A DNA stretch of 64,000 nt from a virus. The position numbers and the translations under genes were made by a program. The DNA lies in IMG/VR virus record IMGVR_UViG_3300017991_000075, positions 35,055-99,054 of that record. One strand, written 5' to 3'. Under the pieces are notes generated by a model. It worked only from the letters and a program-made list of their open reading frames with translations, was not told the origin of the DNA and searched no databases. This document shows positions 49,743-58,213 of the stretch, piece by piece (position 1 is the stretch's first letter; every line of letters starts with the position of its first letter).

Positions 49743-50216
49743 TCAGGCAGACTTTACAGGGTCTATTCCCGTTTTCAATATCGAAATCCACCTGCCGAGA
49801 TCGGCCGCGTCCACATACACACAGCTATTGACTTCCGAGCGAGAATCTTTTTCTCGAAGGTACTGCTCCTTGTACGCTTCCATGTCACCAATGACTTTCT
49901 GGATGCGCTGCTTCGGTTTCAATGGCCAGTATTTGCGGCTCTTAGCAGCCTTCTTACGTTCCTCTGCCGTACCGCATCTCCACACCTTGGCGACCTTACG
50001 AGATCCTGCTGAGACACGTCTCTGACCGCTGTCAAAGATGTCGCCCATCCTCACCAGATCAAGACGATGCTGGCGTACACGACCTGTCAGGTTTCTAAAC
50101 GCAAGAGCTGCTTCGATCTCGATGTCGGTCGCACCAAAATCACCCTGTTCTTCAATATAAGCAAGAACCTCTTGCCTAGCAGTTTCTGCATCGAGTGTTG
50201 CAATTTCATCTACCAC
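49743..50216 (-). CDS. putative winged-helix DNA-binding protein
   Basis: VLAYI..GATDIEI..R..DLV..G.I.DSG.RR..SGR-like pattern. Confidence 0.65.
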   Translation of the reverse strand: MVDEIATLDAETARQEVLAYIEEQGDFGATDIEIEAALAFRNLTGRVRQHRLDLVRMGDIFDSGQRRVSAGSRKVAKVWRCGTAEERKKAAKSRKYWPLKPKQRIQKVIGDMEAYKEQYLREKDSRSEVNSCVYVDAADLGRWISILKTGIDPVKSA

Positions 50217-50227
50217 GACGTTCTCCT

Positions 50228-50788
50228 TTATCCGTTCAGCACAAGCCGCCCGGTCTTCTCCTTCTGTTGCAGGCCGTACGTTAGTTTGCTGCCGGTTTGA
50301 GTCATACGAACACGGCCAAATTCACATGTCTCCAGATATCCGCGTTCCAGCAGGTACTGACAGGCATGCTCGGTTGTTTTTGTCCATGCCTGTAATCGGT
50401 TGGCGAGATCCTGATAGGACATGCCGAGTGTCACTTGACTGTGGAACTGATCGTACAGGTAACAAAGCACCTTATACTGGAGTTCTGAAAATCCGTGCTG
50501 GCGTTCCTTACGTTGATCAGGAAACAGCTTTTTCTTGATCTTGGCTTCTTTCTCACGTACCTGCTCTAAAGTCAACAGGCCCTCTTTCATAGCGATAGCA
50601 TGTCTGGCTCTGACGACAGCGTACCGATATTCCGGGTCTTCGGTACTACAGTTTTGATAGGCGGCAGTGACTTCGTTCTTTATGGCGAGAGGGACTTTGT
50701 ACCAATGGTCCCTGCACATGAGATACCGAGCTGGAATTTCCTTCCGACAATTCATGGCCGCACAATTATGCGGCAAGCGCTGCGTCAT
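50228..50788 (-). CDS. Zn-binding plus winged-helix protein
   Basis: CAAMNC..MCRDHW N-terminus; MSYQDLA..LLERGYL..MTQTG C-terminus. Confidence 0.65.
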   Translation of the reverse strand: MTQRLPHNCAAMNCRKEIPARYLMCRDHWYKVPLAIKNEVTAAYQNCSTEDPEYRYAVVRARHAIAMKEGLLTLEQVREKEAKIKKKLFPDQRKERQHGFSELQYKVLCYLYDQFHSQVTLGMSYQDLANRLQAWTKTTEHACQYLLERGYLETCEFGRVRMTQTGSKLTYGLQQKEKTGRLVLNG

Positions 50789-50822
50789 ATTACTTATCCT
50801 CCCTTCTAAAAATAAAAATAAA

Positions 50823-50927
50823 CGGCGCAAGAAGGATTCGAACCCTCGACCTCCCAGGCATCTGTCATTCCCGTAGCATGCATAGGTCCTGACGCCCAGG
50901 CGCTCTCCCAGACTGAGCTATTGCGCC
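50823..50927 (-). tRNA. tRNA-like gene with enlarged anticodon arm (identity uncertain)
   Basis: GGCGCAA/TTGCGCC acceptor stem, TAGCTCAG..GAGC D arm, GAGGG-TTCGAAT-CCTTC T arm; 38 nt in place of the 7-nt anticodon loop. Confidence 0.75.
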
Positions 50928-50937
50928 GAATGCAAGT

Positions 50938-50966
50938 ATCCTATTACCGACATGAAATCGTGTCAA
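50938..50966 (-). promoter_or_regulatory. sigma70 promoter of the tRNA-like gene, with operator
   Basis: TTGACA-17-TAGGAT. Confidence 0.8.
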
Positions 50967-50968
50967 CC

Positions 50969-50998
50969 AAAAAGCCCTCCTACACTGGAGGGCTTTTT
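50969..50998. terminator. bidirectional intrinsic terminator
   Basis: AAAAAGCCCTCC-TACACT-GGAGGGCTTTTT. Confidence 0.85.
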
Positions 50999-51017
50999 GA
51001 TGAGCTGATCGGGCTGC

Positions 51018-51446
51018 TCAGCTCTCGTCTGACGTGGGGGCACCCTCGTCAGAATCGGACGGTTCTTCAGCCGGTTTCTCACCCTCGGCATGAATCACCA
51101 TATCATGGTCATCAAGAGCTTCAGATCGAATAGCCCTAACCTCAAGAGTCTTGGATTCCAGACCGATCTTCACTCTGAAGAAATGTGTGTCACCGTCAAA
51201 TAGACGATTCGCTGGAGCAAGCACCAAACTTTCAGGCTGTCCATCTGTCGCCTTACGGTAGCGCTCGTAGGCCAGCTTACCGAGACGTATTCCCGTGATC
51301 CTGTAATTGCCATCGAACGATTTCATGAATCGTTTGACAGCTTTACGAATCACCTTCGCAATCTTCGGATGAGCCACTCTCTCCGCAGTGCTCACACCCG
51401 GTGCCTGGTAGTCGTTCTGAATCTTCAGCTCCATTCTGTTCTCCAT
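51018..51446 (-). CDS. hypothetical protein
   Basis: 142-aa ORF ending before the terminator. Confidence 0.7.
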   Translation of the reverse strand: MENRMELKIQNDYQAPGVSTAERVAHPKIAKVIRKAVKRFMKSFDGNYRITGIRLGKLAYERYRKATDGQPESLVLAPANRLFDGDTHFFRVKIGLESKTLEVRAIRSEALDDHDMVIHAEGEKPAEEPSDSDEGAPTSDES

Positions 51447-51636
51447 TTTTATAACCTATGCGATGCGCACCTTCCTCACCTGTTATCGTGAGCTGTCCAC
51501 ATACACTGCAGTGGTACGCACCATACCTGAAATCGAAAGTAGCCGGTAGGCCACAACGGTAACAACGAGGATGACTGTTGCTGTCATGCATCATCCTCTC
51601 CGCCCGTCGCCTGGTTATTTCCATTACCGGCATCAT
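51343..51636 (-). CDS. small Zn-ribbon protein
   Basis: CYRC..CSVC; start uncertain. Confidence 0.5.
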   Translation of the reverse strand: MMPVMEITRRRAERMMHDSNSHPRCYRCGLPATFDFRYGAYHCSVCGQLTITGEEGAHRIGYKNGEQNGAEDSERLPGTGCEHCGESGSSEDCEGDS

Positions 51637-52093
51637 GATCGAGTATCGTCTTTCCGTTCAAATGGTCCAGCTCGTGCTGGACACATCGTGCCTCCAACCC
51701 TTTGAATGTCCGCCGTACTTCATTTCCTGTAAAAGGGCTCTCATACACAATTGTAACGATATTTGCACGCTCAATCTGTACTTTTTTGCCAGGAAATGAA
51801 AGACAGCCTTCTTTATCCAAACTTTTTCCGTGTGCTTCCACAATCTTAGGATTCACTAACGCGACCCTCTCAGGACATGCTATGACACAGATCTGTAATG
51901 GGACGCCGATCTGTGGTGCAGCCAAGCCCAGGCCCTTGCCATTGAGGAACCAAAACATGTCATTTATGAGCTGTTTCAGCTCCTTCCGATTCATGACTTT
52001 CAGCGACCATCTTCTGCAGGGTTGTCGCAGAATCTCACTGCTGCCATGAACCATTCGTAGAAAATTCTTAGGCTTCTTGACTCTGATACCCAT
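51584..52093 (-). CDS. def: peptide deformylase
   Basis: GLGLAAPQ, EGCLS and QHELDH motifs. Confidence 0.96.
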   Translation of the reverse strand: MGIRVKKPKNFLRMVHGSSEILRQPCRRWSLKVMNRKELKQLINDMFWFLNGKGLGLAAPQIGVPLQICVIACPERVALVNPKIVEAHGKSLDKEGCLSFPGKKVQIERANIVTIVYESPFTGNEVRRTFKGLEARCVQHELDHLNGKTILDHDAGNGNNQATGGEDDA

Positions 52094-52334
52094 TCAGTAT
52101 TTCTCCTAGATCGTACATCGGTAAAGGCCCTGTCCAAAAACCTTTGATGTGTTTCACCCTCACAGCAGATGTCGATCCGTGAAAGAACGCCGAAAACTCA
52201 CCGTTTATCATTTTGAATTTACGTCGTACAAAAACAATCGTAGGAGCTTGAGCCGCCCGTTCAAGAAGATAGTACCCGACTTCCTCCGGAACGCGATTAC
52301 AGTGATTACGATGTAAGGTGATCCTTCTCTTCAA
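52068..52334 (-). CDS. hypothetical protein
   Basis: 88-aa ORF filling the operon; WTGPLP motif. Confidence 0.55.
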   Translation of the reverse strand: MKRRITLHRNHCNRVPEEVGYYLLERAAQAPTIVFVRRKFKMINGEFSAFFHGSTSAVRVKHIKGFWTGPLPMYDLGEILNGYQSQEA

Positions 52335-52575
52335 GAGGATTCATCTCCCGACTCAACTGAACCTTGTAAACCCTGAGTGCGGCAGCATGCTCTTTGGCAA
52401 AATTACTGATACCTTTGTACCAACGTATCCACATAAAAGCATCCTTGGTAGTGGAAAACAGTCTGGCTTCAGATAGCCCCTCTACACGACCATGTTCGTT
52501 CATGACGTACTTGTCAGAATCGATTTCCTTGATCACGTAGAACGTGTGGATACTCTTGTTACACAGATCAGTCAT
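52306..52575 (-). CDS. hypothetical protein (AxxFxxxxDA domain)
   Basis: FYVIKE..EARLFSTTKDA. Confidence 0.65.
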   Translation of the reverse strand: MTDLCNKSIHTFYVIKEIDSDKYVMNEHGRVEGLSEARLFSTTKDAFMWIRWYKGISNFAKEHAAALRVYKVQLSREMNPLEEKDHLTS

Positions 52576-52804
52576 AGATGTCTACCCCATCTGCATAATC
52601 ATCATCCTGATCCTCGGCGGCCACATAGAAGTTCTTTTTGCCTTCAGGGCATTCCTCCCGCAGGAGCGCCAGGCATCGTCTCACACTGGCGGGTCCGTGT
52701 CCATAACTCTCTGTGAAATGCCCACACTCCTGACATGTAACCATCACCATTGGTTTACCGTCTTCATCCTCGGTGTAATCCACATCACAGTAAACTCTAG
52801 CCAT
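52568..52804 (-). CDS. small Cys-containing protein
   Basis: CQECGH..RRCLALLREECP; AGGAGAAC RBS before ATG 52804. Confidence 0.7.
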   Translation of the reverse strand: MARVYCDVDYTEDEDGKPMVMVTCQECGHFTESYGHGPASVRRCLALLREECPEGKKNFYVAAEDQDDDYADGVDIYD

Positions 52805-52814
52805 CGATGTTCTC

Positions 52815-53564
52815 CTAAAGCTGCTCGTATAGATCTCCAAAGATTACCGGCAGATACCCATGCATGATCTTCAGAGCTTTCCGTGCAATCCCTTTGATCT
52901 GCCACTGCGCTTTCGGGTTCAAAGCACGCTCCTTGAATACGTGCCTCCACATCCGCAGATTGAACGTCGTAACTACTTCCGTCTTCGATGCCCCCGGTAA
53001 CACCAGGCGTGCATCTTCTGGTTTCAAACCATGATTACGCAACCACAGGTATGTCCAGTAAGCATCGAAATTGATGCCAAGAAATGCGTTTGCTGTTGCG
53101 ATCTCTTGAATCAGCCAACCTTCATCTGCCACAAATTTATCCAGCAGGAACGGACCCTCGCCTGTTTGCTTAGTAAAATAAATCCGCTTGTCATCATGCC
53201 GCTCGTACTTACCTGGTAGAAGCCTGGTATCCGGCGGCGCTATGATCTTCATAGCCTGAACTTTGCCGTAATCACAATAGCGCTGTGACTCTTGTGAAAA
53301 AGCTGATATACGGTGCCGTACGAGTTGATGTGACATTGTGCGATCACCGACAAAACGTCCTGTGATGACACAATGCTCGATCACAGATTCGTGCCCGCTC
53401 TTGATGATCTTCCTTATGAAGTCGTCAGCGGAATCTTCATGCATAGCTTTTTCTGATTTGTAGCAAGTCCTCCCGGCTTTCTCTAACAGCCTCATGTAGT
53501 ACGGAAAGACTTCCGGATCTGTCATCAACTCGAAGTCCGGTTCTACGACTATCAACGTGGTCAT
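52815..53564 (-). CDS. thyX: flavin-dependent thymidylate synthase
   Basis: GHESVIEH, SHQLVRHR..SQESQRY, EDARLVLP, NLR.W, AQWQI. Confidence 0.95.
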   Translation of the reverse strand: MTTLIVVEPDFELMTDPEVFPYYMRLLEKAGRTCYKSEKAMHEDSADDFIRKIIKSGHESVIEHCVITGRFVGDRTMSHQLVRHRISAFSQESQRYCDYGKVQAMKIIAPPDTRLLPGKYERHDDKRIYFTKQTGEGPFLLDKFVADEGWLIQEIATANAFLGINFDAYWTYLWLRNHGLKPEDARLVLPGASKTEVVTTFNLRMWRHVFKERALNPKAQWQIKGIARKALKIMHGYLPVIFGDLYEQL

Positions 53565-53851
53565 GATTGTTCTCCTTTTACGTCTCCAGGATGCGGGATA
53601 CGTGCGTACGCGATAGCATCGGTACAGGACATCCCGCTCTTAGTGGCAATAATCCAATTGAGATACCAGCGAGCCTTTTTGTAATCCTCAATACCGTTCT
53701 TCTTCTCAGCCCGCATCACGTACTTGAGCACATTGCCGATAGAGAATGACATAGAGTGGCCAAACTCATCCATTACCGTAAGCGGATCATGGACCAGATC
53801 CTTGTAGTGAGCGGGGTTCATCGGATCACCGCATTCAGCTTTGTTGTTCAT
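53561..53851 (-). CDS. DUF3310-like protein
   Basis: NPAHY..GNVLKYVMRAEKKNGIEDYKKARWYL. Confidence 0.85.
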   Translation of the reverse strand: MNNKAECGDPMNPAHYKDLVHDPLTVMDEFGHSMSFSIGNVLKYVMRAEKKNGIEDYKKARWYLNWIIATKSGMSCTDAIAYARIPHPGDVKGEQS

Positions 53852-53869
53852 TTGTTCTCCTATGCAATG

Positions 53870-53914
53870 AAAAAGCGTGGCACGGGATCGTACCACGCTT
53901 TGATGATCTGTCAA
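53870..53914 (-). promoter_or_regulatory. overlaid promoter / operator / terminator
   Basis: TTGACA-16-TACGAT; the -10 lies inside hairpin AAAGCGTGG..CCACGCTTT followed by a T-tract. Confidence 0.75.
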
Positions 53915-53922
53915 TAGGTCGC

Positions 53923-54204
53923 CTAGCGTTTCTTCTTGCCGACCTTCTTTTTGCCGACCTTTTTCTTAGCTACTTTCTTCTTAGCTACTTTCTTCTTAGC
54001 TACTTTCTTCTTGGCTGACTTGACCACGGCCTTGCGCGGGCCTCCAACGTTATCCTTGGTCACAAACTCTTTACCGGCAGCTCCAGCCGCAACGATATGG
54101 CCCGGACCCCAATTACGCTGAACCCACTTGTCACCCATCCACTCATATGCTGTTACACCTGGTGGCCATTCTTCTATCGAAGGTGGTGCTGGTCTTTCTG
54201 GCAT
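53923..54204 (-). CDS. small protein with histone H1-like KKKVA tail
   Basis: (KKKVA/G) repeated five times, encoded by 15-bp tandem repeats. Confidence 0.75.
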   Translation of the reverse strand: MPERPAPPSIEEWPPGVTAYEWMGDKWVQRNWGPGHIVAAGAAGKEFVTKDNVGGPRKAVVKSAKKKVAKKKVAKKKVAKKKVGKKKVGKKKR

Positions 54205-54224
54205 GTGTTCTCCTTGTTCAAAAC

Positions 54225-54269
54225 AAAAAACTCCCACGGCGATGATACCGTGGGAGCTGATGTGGTCAA
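54225..54269 (-). promoter_or_regulatory. overlaid promoter / terminator
   Basis: TTGACC-16-TATCAT; the -10 is in the loop of CTCCCACGG..CCGTGGGAG followed by T6. Confidence 0.7.
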
Positions 54270-54281
54270 GGTTCGCGTCAG

Positions 54282-55850
54282 TTACTTGTCTTTAGCAGGA
54301 GGCATATCGGATTTCTCTGGTGAGAGCACTTGGATATCAAGGATCTGGTACATGCGCCTGGAGTTATCCTGGATCTGTCGAAGCATCTCATATTGAGCCT
54401 CATCAAACGCAAAGATCTTCGCATCCTTCCAGTCTGCGAACAGATCGTCATCAGAGTAATACCCGATGCGTTCTTGTTCGGTGTCCTGTATCTGCAGGAT
54501 GAATCCACTGTGCATGTACCCCTTGCCATCAACACTCATTGCCTGTAGAGCTTCAGCCGATGTCTTCTTAGGCGGCACAGGCTCGCCACATGTGGCTGCA
54601 GCAACTCGATCGACATCGAATGGGCGACCGCCAAGAGGATGATCCTTGTACTTCCTGGCGTATTCAACATCTACCGTAAGCACTAACGCTGTTGAACTCG
54701 GATGTTTTTCCCGCCATGACATGACGACATCATGGGCGTCGTTTGCGTCGGAGAATCTTGTGGCCTTGTCCAGATGTTCGCTCCAATTGTACGTAGGATG
54801 AGCACCTTTCGGATGTATCGTAGACACATAATAATCGATCTTGTCTTCATGCAGACGCCGTACCACGTACAGGCGTTCGGGGAGCTTTGTAGCTACAGCA
54901 ACTCGATTAGCATCAGAGATTGCACGCCCGTCATCTTCCATAGGAACACCCTCCAAAGGAAGCATCTTAGTAGGAGGACCAAGGATCTCATTCTCTTTGT
55001 CCACAGCAACCATCATGACGTGATAAGAAACTCCACAACCTTCTGACTTGAATCTCCATCGATCTCTGGTGTGCACAGCATCCTCAATTTTATCAAACAA
55101 CGATGCTTCAACCCAATGTTCAACCCATTTGTCATTTTCATCATACATCAGTTTTAGATACACGGGTTTCTTCAGCACCGGCTCAGCATCTTTCAACGTT
55201 CTGGCAATCACAAAATTCACAGTAGCATTCTTCGGCCGAAGAATGGTATCGCTGAAATGGACTTCGACAGTACAAGCAACAACATCCACGATGTCATCAT
55301 TCAACAGCTCGAACTTACCATCATCGATATCGTTGTTCACACGAGCCATCAAGCTACCGGCCCTCCTGTAGGAATCAAACGGTGTAGCATGCCTCCAATG
55401 TTCTTCCCATTCGATGCCACCATGATCACGCCCGTGAGAGATATTGGCGAAGAACGTCTTTTGTTCCCCACTCTTGAGAGTCTGCACAAGCATCACCAAC
55501 CAGGCTGACGGTGGTACTGTGTGATCAGACTCTCTTCGTAACAACTCTTGTTCCTCGATAAGACCAGAAAGCGCCTTGTTAGTGATCTCACGAATCTCTG
55601 TGACGGCTGTAGACAGCTCAGGGATAGAAGGACTAGAAGAATGATCCCACGCAATACACCGAACAACTCTTTCAGCGAGTATCTGCAACGGTGACAGTAC
55701 CCCCTGCAACGCCCTCATCGCAGGACGCATATTCTTCTCATCGTAAAGATCGATCTCCTCTTCTCGCACGTCGTACGTACGGATCTTCGCCCGTACACGG
55801 TCTTGTGGTAACGCACCAAGTTTAGCCTGCATTGTTTGTGGGTTCTGCAT
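54282..55850 (-). CDS. hypothetical protein with four repeated small domains
   Basis: Four segments ending W....A..F....A; ATG 55850 has TAGGAG. Confidence 0.75.
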   Translation of the reverse strand: MQNPQTMQAKLGALPQDRVRAKIRTYDVREEEIDLYDEKNMRPAMRALQGVLSPLQILAERVVRCIAWDHSSSPSIPELSTAVTEIREITNKALSGLIEEQELLRRESDHTVPPSAWLVMLVQTLKSGEQKTFFANISHGRDHGGIEWEEHWRHATPFDSYRRAGSLMARVNNDIDDGKFELLNDDIVDVVACTVEVHFSDTILRPKNATVNFVIARTLKDAEPVLKKPVYLKLMYDENDKWVEHWVEASLFDKIEDAVHTRDRWRFKSEGCGVSYHVMMVAVDKENEILGPPTKMLPLEGVPMEDDGRAISDANRVAVATKLPERLYVVRRLHEDKIDYYVSTIHPKGAHPTYNWSEHLDKATRFSDANDAHDVVMSWREKHPSSTALVLTVDVEYARKYKDHPLGGRPFDVDRVAAATCGEPVPPKKTSAEALQAMSVDGKGYMHSGFILQIQDTEQERIGYYSDDDLFADWKDAKIFAFDEAQYEMLRQIQDNSRRMYQILDIQVLSPEKSDMPPAKDK

Positions 55851-55860
55851 GTTCGTTCTC

Positions 55861-56310
55861 CTATTCGTCGTTGAGTACAGGGATAGTCCCATTTGTGCGG
55901 GGGTTATTACAGACCATCACATCATGTACCCTATAATAACTACGACCCGTTTTTTTACGACAAGGCGCAGCACCCGCAAAATGAACAGTACCCCCTACGA
56001 TTGCAATATCGGAAGCAATAAAATAGATCATGGCATGATGAGCATACCTCGACAATCTGCATCTCTTCTTCAACTTTTTGAAAGGAATCTGAACATCGAG
56101 TTCCGGAAGCTCACAAGAGTCACCCGGTTCTAAGACAAAGAGAATCTCTTCCTTGGGAACCCTGTGAATCCTGTGAAAGCGACTCTTCTTTCTGATCTTC
56201 TTTCCCATGTCCAGAGAAAGTGTTGTCGGTGTCTCCGCAACAACGTTGGCGATTACCAAGCCAACACCGTATTTACGGACATCCTTCACCTGCCAGATAG
56301 CTACTCGCAT
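55861..56310 (-). CDS. basic hypothetical protein
   Basis: ATG 56310 with TAGGAG, downstream of a promoter. Confidence 0.7.
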   Translation of the reverse strand: MRVAIWQVKDVRKYGVGLVIANVVAETPTTLSLDMGKKIRKKSRFHRIHRVPKEEILFVLEPGDSCELPELDVQIPFKKLKKRCRLSRYAHHAMIYFIASDIAIVGGTVHFAGAAPCRKKTGRSYYRVHDVMVCNNPRTNGTIPVLNDE

Positions 56311-56328
56311 TGATGTTCTCCTATTCGA

Positions 56329-56378
56329 AAATAAAAACCAGTGACACGAGATCATACCACTGGTTTGTTGTTTGTCAA
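56329..56378 (-). promoter_or_regulatory. overlaid promoter / operator / terminator
   Basis: TTGACA-16-TATGAT (extended TG) inside hairpin AAACCAGTG..CACTGGTTT. Confidence 0.78.
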
Positions 56379-56393
56379 GATGGTTGTCGGACT

Positions 56394-56627
56394 CTAAGCA
56401 GATACAGCTTTTACGTTCGCTTCCGGGTTACGGGCCTTCACAACCTCGATGATCTTGTTGACTTCCTCGATGTCCGTGAACACCTGGGCATCCTGCGTGT
56501 CATCATCGGTCGTCCACCCAAATAGAATCTTCCCCTTCGAGGTCTCACCCTTCGAGTAATAATACCCTTTAGTTCCGTTCTTGAACGTCTTGAGTATCGT
56601 GTACTTCTTGACAGTTTGTTTTGCCAT
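56394..56627 (-). CDS. hypothetical protein
   Basis: 77 aa; W....DAQVF motif. Confidence 0.7.
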   Translation of the reverse strand: MAKQTVKKYTILKTFKNGTKGYYYSKGETSKGKILFGWTTDDDTQDAQVFTDIEEVNKIIEVVKARNPEANVKAVSA

Positions 56628-56693
56628 CTGGACTATCCCCTATTCCAAAAATTGACCAACGTAAGTCATCGGAAAAACCTGACATACTCCAAA

Positions 56694-57230
56694 TCAGGCA
56701 CCCTGCAATTTATTCTCCGGTGGATTACGGTACTTACCGCCGTAATGCATGTGGTACAACGAAATAATTCGCATGTCATCGTTATGCCGAGCGCAGTTGT
56801 CGATATACCACTGAGCATTTTCTTTAGTCCTGAAAAGAGGTGTACTAGGATGCATTTCCCCCTCTTTGTCAATCAGTCTAAGTGTCCTGATCGAGCCATC
56901 ATGTTTGACATAACCAACCGTAAACATCTCGTCAAGATATTCTGCAGAATTACACTCGCATCCTTCAATAAATGGTTTATCGACGAGATCTTTCACCTGT
57001 TCTTCAGACATTCCGGTATAACGGCTTTCAAAAGGAACGTTCAGAGCCGCATCAGCCTTAGTCTCCTCACCCATCTCATTCTCCTTCTCTAACAATATTT
57101 TGCACCGTTCTACGCTCATCCATAAAGATGCTGCCACGTAACTACCGTATCGAGCTTCCGTAAACTTGGCAGCCCGCGTCAGGTCGTCGATTGTATCCTG
57201 TAATGTGAATCTGGCAATAACGCCGTTCAT
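56694..57230 (-). CDS. hypothetical protein
   Basis: 178 aa, ATGA coupling; PLFRTKENA motif. Confidence 0.65.
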   Translation of the reverse strand: MNGVIARFTLQDTIDDLTRAAKFTEARYGSYVAASLWMSVERCKILLEKENEMGEETKADAALNVPFESRYTGMSEEQVKDLVDKPFIEGCECNSAEYLDEMFTVGYVKHDGSIRTLRLIDKEGEMHPSTPLFRTKENAQWYIDNCARHNDDMRIISLYHMHYGGKYRNPPENKLQGA

Positions 57231-57487
57231 GTGTCACCTCGCCTGACAACTGTTCCACCAGCTACCAGAGCACGCCATTGCCACAACGTAAGACCTTTAC
57301 CTCGGTATGTATCCAAACCGCCATATTTGATGTCTCTGGAAACTTGCTTCTCCAACGTAACTTCTACCTGACACCCTCGACAAGGGTTCAACGATGTCAC
57401 CTTTACGATATCCCAAGACGCATATCTCTGCAGTTTGATAACATCACCCTTCGCCGGGTACACTAAAGGATCTCGTTCATCAGTCAT
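57227..57487 (-). CDS. hypothetical protein
   Basis: RDPLVYPAKGDV; GGGAGAAC RBS. Confidence 0.7.
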   Translation of the reverse strand: MTDERDPLVYPAKGDVIKLQRYASWDIVKVTSLNPCRGCQVEVTLEKQVSRDIKYGGLDTYRGKGLTLWQWRALVAGGTVVRRGDT

Positions 57488-57503
57488 GACGTTCTCCCTT
57501 CAC

Positions 57504-57547
57504 AAAAATAATCGGACCACCTTATCAGTGGTCCGATTATGTATCAA
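57504..57547 (-). promoter_or_regulatory. overlaid promoter / terminator
   Basis: TTGATA-17-TAAGGT in the loop of the 13-bp hairpin ATAATCGGACCAC..GTGGTCCGATTAT followed by a T-tract. Confidence 0.7.
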
Positions 57548-57631
57548 TGCCGCGCCTTTCCATGCCTAGCCCGGCCCGGCCTCACCCCGCCCTACCCGGC
57601 ATATCCAAGTCTTGCCGCGTCACGCCATGCC
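57547..57631 (-). repeat. degenerate 5-nt periodic repeat (GGCNN), about 17 units
   Basis: GGCAT GGCGT GACGC GGCAA GACTT GGATA TGCCG GGTAG GGCGG GGTGA GGCCG GGCCG GGCTA GGCAT GGAAA GGCGC GGCAT. Confidence 0.85.
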
Positions 57632-57635
57632 GAGT

Positions 57636-57977
57636 CTATAATTGATGAACGCCATCAGGAGGTGGCGGCATGTGAATCGTCGTACCTGGTTGTGGAATGT
57701 GTCTCTCTGCGATCGCAGAATGCTTCACCGAAAAGAACCCTCTCAGCTCAGGTTCGTGAAGCATCAACATCCTCGCATAGAACGCAGGGAAGTGGTCGGG
57801 CAGTTTGTACTTGCCGTCATACGACATGCTGTGCTGCCACCTGAGAACCTCCCACAAATTCCTGATTCCCCATTTGGTATGACCACGCCTCTTGAGACCG
57901 AGCGCCATTTCACGGAGCTTCACATACACCTCCGGGTGATTGTTGTAGAACTCCACGAATCGCTCGTACATCCCCAT
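57636..57977 (-). CDS. conserved phage hypothetical protein
   Basis: F..F...HPEVY..LWEVLRW..YKL..FYAR.LM..EP...GFF pattern. Confidence 0.75.
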   Translation of the reverse strand: MGMYERFVEFYNNHPEVYVKLREMALGLKRRGHTKWGIRNLWEVLRWQHSMSYDGKYKLPDHFPAFYARMLMLHEPELRGFFSVKHSAIAERHIPQPGTTIHMPPPPDGVHQL

Positions 57978-57985
57978 GACAGCTC

Positions 57986-58213
57986 CTATGGGACCATCGC
58001 TGTTTCGACTTGTTCCATCTCCTCAACCTGTTTGAGGAAATCCTGTCGTCGCTCCTTGGATTCCATCAACGCTTCCCAGGCGATGCGTGATTCCATGCAA
58101 CGACGTTTCTTGCCGCGCTTGGCGCTGGAGATACTCAACAGCTTGCCGGCAAGACGTTCTGATTCTGCTTCGTAGAACTGCAGTTTGAACTGCGCTATTT
58201 CAAGTTCTGTCAT
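57986..58213 (-). CDS. hypothetical protein
   Basis: 75 aa, operon packing. Confidence 0.6.
   Translation of the reverse strand: MTELEIAQFKLQFYEAESERLAGKLLSISSAKRGKKRRCMESRIAWEALMESKERRQDFLKQVEEMEQVETAMVP

Noticed and set aside
49651-50025. Plus-strand 124-aa ORF with a perfect AGGAG RBS
   Set aside because: It is largely antisense to gene 49743..50216, crosses a terminator hairpin and has no evident + promoter. It is kept only as the alternative explanation for the sRNA seed.
50855-50900. Archaeal-type bulge-helix-bulge intron or tmRNA reading of the tRNA-like gene
   Set aside because: The bulge sizes do not fit 3-4-3, and the RNA is far too short for a tmRNA and has no tag ORF.
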